The notes under the pieces were generated by a model, which saw only the letters and a list, made by a program, of their open reading frames with translations, had not been told where the DNA came from and ran no database searches. Shown piece by piece: positions 55,109-64,000 of a stretch of 64,000 nucleotides of DNA. A program made the position numbers and the translations under genes. Every line of letters begins with the position of its first letter. Position 1 is the first letter of the stretch. Origin of the DNA: Epithemia pelagica (lineage: Eukaryota; Protista; Bacillariophyta); contig OX337234.1 of assembly GCA_946965045.2 (NCBI GenBank), positions 992,001-1,056,000 of the forward strand, read 5' to 3'.

Positions 55109-58100
55109 CAAGAAACGACACCGATACTGGATGAAAAATCGTCCAAATCAAAGAAGTGGCTACTTTATCTGCCAACGATACGAGCGACTGGCGAGGGGCT
55201 AGAGCTCGCCGATAGCTAGCTAGATCGCCCAATTTCCGGCCACTATCGTAGCCATATTTTGGTCCCCTCACGATTCCGGCGTCCACTGACGAGGTGATCG
55301 TGCATCCAGGTTTCCTCCTTTTGTATCAAATAAGACCATCTTTGTCATCGTATCGTGATCAAGTAACTCAAAAGTGCACGGAAAGAACGCAGTGCATGCC
55401 CAGAGCCAACAATCAAACACATCAGCCGAGTCCAAATGGATCTTGCACACGCAACTGCATGATTGAGGACAAGACCATGACCAGACCATCATGTTCTTCC
55501 ATAGCCCATGACATATTTCATACTTCTGGTAGTTGCACTTCATCCAATTTCATACTCCTGGTGGTTCCGCTCCATGCGTACATCCACCAATCAAACTTCA
55601 TTCTCTTTGGTGGTTCCGTTCCACACGTACATCCACCAACACAACACTGTATCTGACTTTGTGGTTCAACCAATCCAACGGTCTAGTCCACAATCTGCAT
55701 CTCTCCTGATAGAAAACAACATAGAAAAACCATCTCAATCTCTCTGTGGTTCGGCAAGACCATTCTGCTGCTTACTCCACAGTTCCATTTACCATTCGAC
55801 CATATTTTGGAGCCAAATTCATGCAAATCACAAGAAATAGGGGCAAAAAGGACCATTTGGGCCCTTTGACTCACGAAACGACCACTATGCAAAATCAAGG
55901 TCATTTCTTCTGCATTGTGCTTCATGGATCCAGCTTCGGCACAATTTCTCCCTCATTTTGACACTCCCATTGCAATTTTCGTGCACTTCGATCATCCTCT
56001 TGCTGAAATGCGAATACTTGAAAGCAAAGACAGCCTTCATCTTTGCCTATAATGGCAACAATCTCCATGAATGATGGCCATATCTGACGAAAAGTAGAGT
56101 GGCCAGAAGTCGTTGCTTAAAATCGTGTGTTCAGAAAATTCCAAGCCTTGCCAAAATCTCAACAAAAGCCAAAATCAAGGGATTTTCACAGCCATCAGGT
56201 CAAGAGCAATATGCAAACAAACCTTGAGGAACAAAGGGAAGGAATCCAACATGGCAGGACACGAGTCCTCAACACAGTTAGTCAGAGGATTCCTTTTCTG
56301 CATCAGCTTGTACCAAAGACTGAGGTACATGTAATATCAACGAGACCACCTTCGACGATGAAGATGGAATATTGTGAAGCCACCGAGGCCAACAGAGCAT
56401 CGACAATGGCTGTGTCCTCACGGCAGAAGACCTTCAGCTGCCATCTTCCTTCGTAGAATCAGCTCTGCTCAAACCGACGAAATGTCCAATTGCAACCAGC
56501 TGGAGAAATACTGAACACTTCTCCCAACAAATTTGCTTGCAGGGTCACAAAAACCTTCTGACTCTATCAGCATGTCATTTGTCATTTGACAAAAGCAAGA
56601 CTGGACTCCATGTTCCAAACTTGTGGGTTCAGGAAAATCTAAACCCTCGACAAATCTCGATCAAAGGGCGCTCATGCATTCATCGGATTAAATCAAGACA
56701 TGCACGTGTGACATGATTTCCACCACCATTGCCGAACTTGTTGCTTGGGAGCAAGAAAAACAACCAAGTCCCCTGAATCTCGTTACCACATTTTACCTCA
56801 GCCAACAATGGTCGACATCAAAGACCATCAAATCGCGAGCAACACCACAGCAGCAAAACCAAGTACTGAGAACTCATGGCAAGGCGACACTAACAGCATA
56901 CATTCTCCATTTGGGAAACCACGGCCGTTAAGGGGAACATCTTGAGCGCATTCTGGCCGACAGCCAACAATTCAAAGAGACGGGCCCAAGCAGAACCTGG
57001 ATCTGGCGTTGATGCGCAAACTCAAGAACAGAATGCTCAGTTCCTTGACGACACTGAGACAACCAACCATACGAGTAAACCAATGCCTTGATTACCAAAT
57101 GAACCACTGCAAAGAAACAACAACATTGTTTGTGCGAATATGATTCCTCAACAAACAAACCCACAGGGTGGATTCCGTAGACAGAGACAGAGCCAGTAAA
57201 CCAAGAAACGACCTCGTTGTTGGATAAAATATCGAACATCACTGGCCCCAGCAGATTTGCATTAACGCAAGGGTCACAACGAACACCCGCAACTTGTCAT
57301 TCTCCATTTTGCGGCCATCGCAAGCAAAATCAAGATGCAAGAAAGAATCAACTGAACGAAATTCCATAGGCCAACGCTTGTAGAATTTTCCGTGGTCTTC
57401 TAGCTCCGTCATGTTCCGTTCATTCTTGCCTCTCCAAAGCCCAACAGATTTGCTTCCAAACAGAAGCCTTGTAAAGTCTCAAGTCTTCCCATGAATCGGG
57501 TGAGACATACACTCGAGTAATCACCATAGGCCATAGCAATGATGGCAAGGAACATAGTCCTCAAAACAGTCTTGGCCGTGACAACCCTTCCACCATTTGT
57601 CGAGCATTCACGACAACAGCTAGAACTTCAAAACGCGGGCTCAAGCAAAACCATGATGCTTTAGGCCCAAACCCATAGGGCCAATCTGTCAACCATAGAC
57701 AGAGTTCCACAAGGCAAACTCCAGTGACTTGTGTAATCAAAGGGGAAGTCATTTGACTTCGCCAACACAGTGGGAAACCAACGACTGATAGCAAGAAGCA
57801 ATGTCGGCACGCAAAGCATAGCATGACAGACATACCAACAACCGCACACCGCGAGAAGGCAAATGCATAAAACACATCATCAGTCCCCTTTCAAGGGTCC
57901 TTCACAACATCTCGACCAACAAGACACAGTTCTCATGCGACAAGGACTGAGTGGGAATTGTACTGGGGTACAACAACAATCAACCTTGCAATGCTCCTTC
58001 TTCCTCTTTTACCATGCCATTCACTCATGGCCCAGGGGTCATAGGACGAGTCCCCTGTCAACGATGGATGTTCTGTGAAGACAGAACGAGACCTAACAAC

Positions 58101-59970
58101 AAAAGGCTTGATCATCAAGCATCATCCTCTTGCTTGAATTTCCATAGAACAGAGCACCAAGCAAATGCCGTACGAACAGCAACTTAAATGACAAGAAACA
58201 AGGCCGACTCCAACAACCTTGACTGCTTGACCTCTGCTCCCATGTTTGGGCAAAACAGACAGAGGCACAACAATCATAATTTTCCTTAACCGACACCCAC
58301 CAGTCTGGTACGGGTCACTCTCTCATGTCATCAATCAAGCAAACCCAGTCGTTGACAATGATAAGTGGTTAACATCTGACAGCATAACAACACTGCATGT
58401 TCTCGGACCAACAACATATCCAACTTCTGATAATCCAAGTCAGAGGATCCTTGAGAGATAGCCCAAAGCATATGGACTCAACAAACAACTTAGGATTCGT
58501 AACCCATAGGGAAAAAACAGTCAACAATACTCAGCCCCATGATGCTGATACTTCCCTCAGCACTCAACAGGGCCTCATCACGACCTCACAGAGAAAAGAA
58601 CAAGACATGCATAGAGCAAGTCACCGATTCGTTCCATAGCAATCATTCTTGACCAAGACAAGGACAGAGTCAATGGAAGGGTTACTCTCGGGGTTCACCC
58701 TGCTCCACAATGGATGACAAAAGTTCATCCCAACGACTGCCATAACACATGACAACCACGTCGCCAAAATATCGATGGTAAACCAAACCTCATGGATACC
58801 ACCAGCACAAAATAGACCAATCATGCCACCATCATAATTTGACGGCTGTTGTACTCAGCAACAGGCATAAGATATGCCGAATATTAAGCTTGACTGCTTC
58901 TTTCCTTTCGGAACAATGCCAAAAGTCCATGGCATGAGAAAAGGGCATTATCAACGCCACAAAAACAACAGATCAATTCATGATCTCATACTCAGCACAC
59001 CAACTGCCGAACGAGCAGAATCTTATCTTCAACTCTTGTTGTCTGTTTATCTCGTAGACAGTGCATCATACATGCACCCAATCCACAGATAAAACAAATT
59101 ATATGTGAATCGCCATCCATGGCACCATCAAACCCAGAACACTGCGTGATCTCAAGATTCAACAATCGATTGCAGTACAAGCACAATGCGCTCTCTGCTC
59201 GCACCGCACAAGCAATCATGGATTAAATCATCCATGCTCAGCCCACAAAAGGGGCTCACTTACGAAAGGAGACACAGAGTCCCCTGTCGTCGACAGACAT
59301 TTGTTTACTGTCCAATTTCGTACCTCTATAGTGCATCCTCTTCTGCACTTTCGCAGTGTGCGACTTCCTTCGTCAGCACCAAACTTTCTTTGTGACTTCT
59401 GGTGTGTATGTCCGATCATCGAGTTGAACAACGGGCTCACAATGAAGCACCGTCCGTCGAGTGATCTACATGCGGCACGTTCAACTTGGAACTCCAACAA
59501 TGTAGAAAAACGGCGTACGTCGATTAATAACCGAACGCATCCGCAATGGGCACTCTCTCATATTGCATACCTCCCAACGGGAAGAGGCTTGGCGCGTCCG
59601 CCGTTTGCCCGAATATGTGCGCAACAGCAGACCACACATTCCTCCTCACCACTCAATTCCCCGCTGAAGGAAGAGTATTACGAGTGAGGAGTTCTTGGGC
59701 GAATGAACCCTCCGAGCGGACTCATCCAGATATTCTCGCGACCTTCCCAGGCTGGATATTTGGACCTTCCCAGGCCTCAACTCATGGTGAACTCTCAGAG
59801 ACTTGGGTTTGATAAACCAAGAAACGACACCGATACTGGATGAAAAATCGTCCAAATCAAAGAAGTGGCTACTTTATCTGCCAACGATACGAGCGACTGG
59901 CGAGGGGCTAGAGCTCGCCGATAGCTAGCTAGATCGCCCAATTTCCGGCCACTATCGTAGCCATATTTTG
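55109..59970 (-). mobile_element. Nested non-autonomous LTR element with non-canonical CA...TG termini
   Basis: Identical 153-bp direct repeats (55109-55261 and 59818-59970), 4-bp TSD CCAC (55105-55108 and 59971-59974), PBS-like and PPT-like motifs matching the outer element, no long internal ORF. Confidence 0.85.
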
Positions 59971-60179
59971 CCACCACCACTGGGGTTCCGTTCCGTTCCT
60001 GTTTTCCTCGCGGGCATCTTTCTACTACCCGTATCCGTACTGGCTCCCCCCGCTGGGACAGCGGTTCCCGTTCCTTGCCCTTCGGGGCTTGTTTCCGGTG
60101 GATTCTTCGTCGTAGCTCTAGTATTCGTTGTAGTTCACTTCGTTTACTTCCTCTCAATACCGCAGTGGGTCTGATAAAC

Positions 60180-60338
60180 TGTCTTGTTCCAGTCGATACC
60201 TTATTCAACGTGCAAATTAAAAGATATTATAAGGCTAAACCACTAATGTAAGGATCCCCAAAATAGTAACCATGTAAACGGTAAAACCCCCAAAGATTTC
60301 CCATATCCGGGTTTTGTTCCCACGACCCGAATAAGACA
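60180..60338 (-). repeat. 5' LTR of the outer copia
   Basis: Identical to 49007-49165; followed in element sense by PBS-like GTTTATCAGACCCACTG. Confidence 0.95.
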
Positions 60339-61060
60339 TAACCAGGTACAAGCACTGGTTTCAAAACAATGATCCTTCTCGATACGAGTACGACACGTTG
60401 GTGGTCGCTCTTTTCCGGAATCCATACGATTGGCTCAAGGCTATGGAACATGTGCCTCATCATGCGCCAAACCACATGCGGACCAAAGAGGGTGCCAGCC
60501 TGGACATGCCAGGGTCATAAAATGACTGGCGCATCTTTTTAACCCGAGAATGGACCACGGAACGAGTGGGACGAGATTTAGAGATGATTGGGAACGAAAC
60601 TTGTCAGCAGAATTTTCCGTATCGCGACATTGTGAGCTGTGTCGCCGAACCACTGCCACCTGAGGATTACAATCACACTTTGAGGTTTTCGGAGAACAAG
60701 CCGTTTTACGAAATGCGGAACGATGGGTCTGGCGTACCGTATGAGAACATATTGGAACTCCGAACAGACAAGATTCGTAACTTTTTGTCTGTTCGGGACT
60801 TTCCCCATATTGCAGATGTGTTGGTAACGCAGTATGAGGAGTTGCTGGAAGAAGGAACAGGTTCGTTGCTTACACAAATCCACGTAATGACCGGAATCGA
60901 ACCTCAATGTGAAGCGGATATGCCCCAGCCTGGTGAGCATGGGGAAGAGCGAGTGGTGACGCCTGATTTTGCCAAACACGTTCGTCTTCATTTGAATTGG
61001 ACTGTGGAAGCCATGTTGGGCTACAACATCGAATGGGGTCGGGAGATTGTTTTGCCGTGA
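60339..61060 (+). pseudogene. 3' part of the sulfotransferase-like gene
   Basis: Continues the reading (T)RYKHWFQ...LFRNPYDWLKAM...PHHAP; in-frame TAA at 60518-60520; later YENILELRTDKIRNFL. Confidence 0.7.
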
Positions 61061-61356
61061 CCTAATGTCATTATTGGTTGTATCATGTACCAATCTGATA
61101 GCACCCTTTATTGAATTATACATATCTTTACCATGGTCTCACATAATCAAAAAGTAGTCGTGGGAACAAGGTGTCCCTAACCCCAGGGACGAGAAAAGAT
61201 AGTTCCAGCATTTGGTGCGTGCAACGGTATACTCGACATGGACCCTTTTTTGCACCGAAAAAAGAATGGTTTCTGATGATTGCTGCTGGATAGCTGTGTC
61301 ACCTGTGATCCCCACGACGAAACGGTGACATCCGTAGTCTTTCTTGCGTCCATCTA

Positions 61357-61884
61357 TTAGTTGTACACATCCATGCCACCAGTACCGGAAGTTGGGACCC
61401 ACGTTTTCTGGCGATATTCGTTTGCCCATTGCTTGAGTGTCTCCCATCCCTCTCGCATATTTTTGGGATCAAAGTCGTAGATATCCATGGAACAGTGTAT
61501 CATTTCCTGAATCCCCCATACCTGAGGAACGGAAAGGGGCACCGTGCTGATGCTGTCAGGACCACTACCATCATCTACGCAGCGTACGACATGGCATTTC
61601 CCAGTGATGGTCCACTCTGGTAAACCATTTTCTGGGTCGAGGGTTAACCAACTTGCGATCCCGTTGTTATTTTTCAAGAAACGGGGGTTGGCCGCAATCA
61701 CCCCCGTGCAAACTTGTTCCCCAAGATCTCCTCCTCCACTTTCTCGATAGTACTGAGCCATCCCCTTCTTGGCCTTCATAAAGAACAGTCTCAAGTTCAA
61801 ACCACACATTGCAGCCACGGGACTTGTGAAAGAACGCATACGAGGGTGATCAATAATTTGTTCCCGAAAATTTTGAAGCGTACA
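61357..61884 (-). pseudogene. Fragment of an unknown gene truncated by the second copia
   Basis: The reading frame of the 160-aa ORF stays open up to the LTR boundary at 61885. Confidence 0.4.
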
Positions 61885-64000
61885 TGTTGAAACTCACACA
61901 GCTGCTGTAAAGGCAAACTACGGAATCTTATTTTACTCATCGAATGAGACCTTTTTCCTTTCAGATCTCTTCCCTGCCTTACGTTCCACGAGCGTCCATT
62001 TGTCGTCGTCATCCGCTGGCAGCTGTTCAGTCGCATTAACTTGCTTCTTTGCTAGTGATTCCTCAACACACTCCTTTGTGCCGAGTGGTATGGACTAGTC
62101 GGCAGAATATTCATGATGGCATCCCGATGTTGATAGAAAAGTTGCCCTTGTAAAGGTTTGGTGTAGAAGTCCGCCACCATTTGGTCGGTCGGACAATATT
62201 CAATTCGTAAGTCTTTGTTCTGGATACGATCCTTGATATAAAAATATCTGATGTTGATGTGTTTCGTACGTTTTGTGCTGGACATGCGTCCATTGTTCTC
62301 CAACAGCATCGCGCTTTGGTTGTCTTGGTATACCACGACGTCCTTGATCTGCACTCCTTGACTTTTCAGGAAATTGCGAGTCCATACAATCGTTGGCAAC
62401 ACATCATGAGCCCCAATGAGTTCACTTTCCATCGAACTTCTGGCCACTAGTTTTTGTTTGGTTGAATGTGATATAACACTTCCGCGACCCATGCATAGGT
62501 TTGCACCAGTGTGCCCCTTCATATCATTGTGGGTAGCATACGACGCGTCGATCCACCATCGTAGCACCCCGTGTTTATTAGCTTCTAGTCGCAAAATCAG
62601 GTCCTTTGTGTTTTGTAGATACTTGATGACTCGTATCAATTTTCGATAGTCGTCTTCGTTGGGTTTTGATACTCTGGTACATAAAAATGCGATAGCTGTG
62701 CGTATATCAGGGCGTCCCCGATGTGCTAAGTATGCCAACTGCATGGTCATACTGTGGAACAGTTCAGCGCGTGTTGCATCCAATGGTTTGCAATTCTCAT
62801 TGATGAGGAAGAGATGTGCCGCTGCTGGAGTCAGTGCTTTACCGTTCATTTCTTGTGGAATATCGTCCAGAACAGTGGCCACATAGGGGGTCATATCAAC
62901 TTGTAACACCCCGGGTTCTGAGAAATCTAGGTACATCCCCAAGTAATCATGACGCTTTCCTCTGGAGATTGAGAGCTCTCCGAGTTGGCCAAATTCTTTG
63001 ATGAGCTGGTTGATGATCATGGATACGGTTTCTTCCTTAGCATGGGAGATTTTTAAATCATCCACGTGCCATGTAATCGTGCACTGGGTCCCGTCGATAT
63101 TTTTGTTTGCGACACATGTGTCATATTCGTTTAGGATAAAGCCCCAATTTTTCAGTACGATAGAGAGTTTTTCCCAAAAGAGTCGTGCTGCTCTGAGCGT
63201 TCCGTAAAGCGCTTTTAGCATGTCAACATAAATGACAGGCTTTCCTTTCTCGTAGGTAAGATATGGGCGATAGGCGGCTTCATCCACTTCCAGTAGCAGT
63301 TTTGCCATGATACCATCAATTCTCATATGGACGTCGGGATCCATGTCGGCTTGCATAAACGCGCCGGGAATGTCCACGACCGCCACCTCCCTATGTTCCA
63401 ATGCATCGATGATTGCCGTTAAGAACACAGCTTCGGTGGTTACTGTGGGAGAGGCTGCGTCCTCTCGCGGGATATACAAACGCTGTTTACGCCCATCGGC
63501 GCATCCTCGACCCTTGACTTTCCCATTGCGTTTTTGTTTGAGAAACATAAGGTAGCCGAGTGCGTTTGTGAGTTGATTGCTGGTTAGTGATGTCTTGTGA
63601 ACACCACGGATCACTCCTCGCTCATGTAGTTGTGTAATTTCTTTCTTGACAGCCGCCACTCCTTGATCTCCAAAAATCTTCAATCCCTTGCTCATGGGCA
63701 TTTGTGGGGTTGCCATGCTTACTTCACCACTGTCGGCGACAAACAGCCAACCGTCATGAATGTATCCATCCATTGGTGCTTGTTCTTGCTCATTGAAGTG
63801 AAAGGTGGCATTGCTATGCCCGAAACGATGTGTATATGAGCGCTCACGCTGTGGTCGTAGGTTGTAACCACTTTCATGACCATCCTCATGATCTTGTTCT
63901 TGACCCATATCTATGGGAATGTCGTTGTCATCAGCAACGGTCTCAACACCAGCAACGGTCTCAACATCCTCATTGATATTGTTATCGCTCCCCTGCCGGT
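61885..64000 (-). mobile_element. 3' portion of a second, unrelated Ty1/copia element
   Basis: RT/RNase H ORF running into a 184-bp LTR candidate (61885-62068) with TGTTGA...TCAACA termini, preceded by purine-rich AAAGGAGTG. Confidence 0.88.
62052..63908 (-). CDS. pol: Copia RT-RNase H (partial; the element continues beyond the window)
   Basis: KGRGCADGRKQR, DIPGAFMQ, WHVDDLKIS, WWIDASYA and ADFYTKPLQG. Confidence 0.93.
   Translation of the reverse strand: MGQEQDHEDGHESGYNLRPQRERSYTHRFGHSNATFHFNEQEQAPMDGYIHDGWLFVADSGEVSMATPQMPMSKGLKIFGDQGVAAVKKEITQLHERGVIRGVHKTSLTSNQLTNALGYLMFLKQKRNGKVKGRGCADGRKQRLYIPREDAASPTVTTEAVFLTAIIDALEHREVAVVDIPGAFMQADMDPDVHMRIDGIMAKLLLEVDEAAYRPYLTYEKGKPVIYVDMLKALYGTLRAARLFWEKLSIVLKNWGFILNEYDTCVANKNIDGTQCTITWHVDDLKISHAKEETVSMIINQLIKEFGQLGELSISRGKRHDYLGMYLDFSEPGVLQVDMTPYVATVLDDIPQEMNGKALTPAAAHLFLINENCKPLDATRAELFHSMTMQLAYLAHRGRPDIRTAIAFLCTRVSKPNEDDYRKLIRVIKYLQNTKDLILRLEANKHGVLRWWIDASYATHNDMKGHTGANLCMGRGSVISHSTKQKLVARSSMESELIGAHDVLPTIVWTRNFLKSQGVQIKDVVVYQDNQSAMLLENNGRMSSTKRTKHINIRYFYIKDRIQNKDLRIEYCPTDQMVADFYTKPLQGQLFYQHRDAIMNILPTSPYHSAQRSVLRNH

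Larger units (their letters stand above)
49007..60338 (-). mobile_element. Ty1/copia (CoDi-like) LTR retrotransposon containing a nested insertion
   Basis: Identical 159-bp LTRs, 4-bp TSD TAAC (49003-49006 and 60339-60342), gag and pol in PR-IN-RT-RH order. Confidence 0.95.

Noticed and set aside
55109-55261. 153-bp direct repeat as a giant target-site duplication of gag
   Set aside because: The repeat has a stop in the frame of the true gag ATG, and gag is restored only when both repeats are removed; PBS-like, PPT-like and 4-bp TSD signals favour LTRs.
55262-59817. Short ORFs and possible decayed integrase words inside the nested element
   Set aside because: All ORFs are under about 130 aa and the resemblance (e.g. 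GRVVTAKTV) is too weak to call without alignment.
59795-60208. 137-aa ORF matching the start of the tracked gag ORF
   Set aside because: The similarity comes only from reading through the nested LTR; the real gag start is in another frame at 60017.

Overview
Eukaryotic nuclear DNA, most likely a pennate diatom (inferred from short GT-AG introns, CoDi-type copia elements and gene-family content), with more than half of the window occupied by mobile elements. Host genes: a STAND/AAA NTPase, two RNI-like LRR proteins, a PGAP4-like glycosyltransferase, three paralogous small membrane proteins, a DUF866 protein, LST8, class II fumarase, a frameshifted nuclease-kinase gene and a sulfotransferase-like gene split by a retrotransposon. 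Mobile elements: (1) two head-to-head copies of a DNA transposon with a RAG1/Transib-like transposase, CATTACGAG termini and a convergent second gene (complete copy 13812-22647); (2) a complete hAT element (35890-43200; 14-bp TIRs, 8-bp TSD) that carries an endonuclease III/NTH1-like DNA glycosylase gene; (3) a 5'-truncated RLE-type non-LTR element; (4) a copia element (49007-60338) with a nested 4.9-kb element whose identical LTRs have CA...TG instead of TG...CA termini; (5) the 3' part of a second copia. The strongest candidates for undescribed biology are the glycosylase-carrying hAT, the two-gene RAG1-like transposon and the reversed-terminus LTR element. All protein assignments come from motif recognition by eye; no database search was run.
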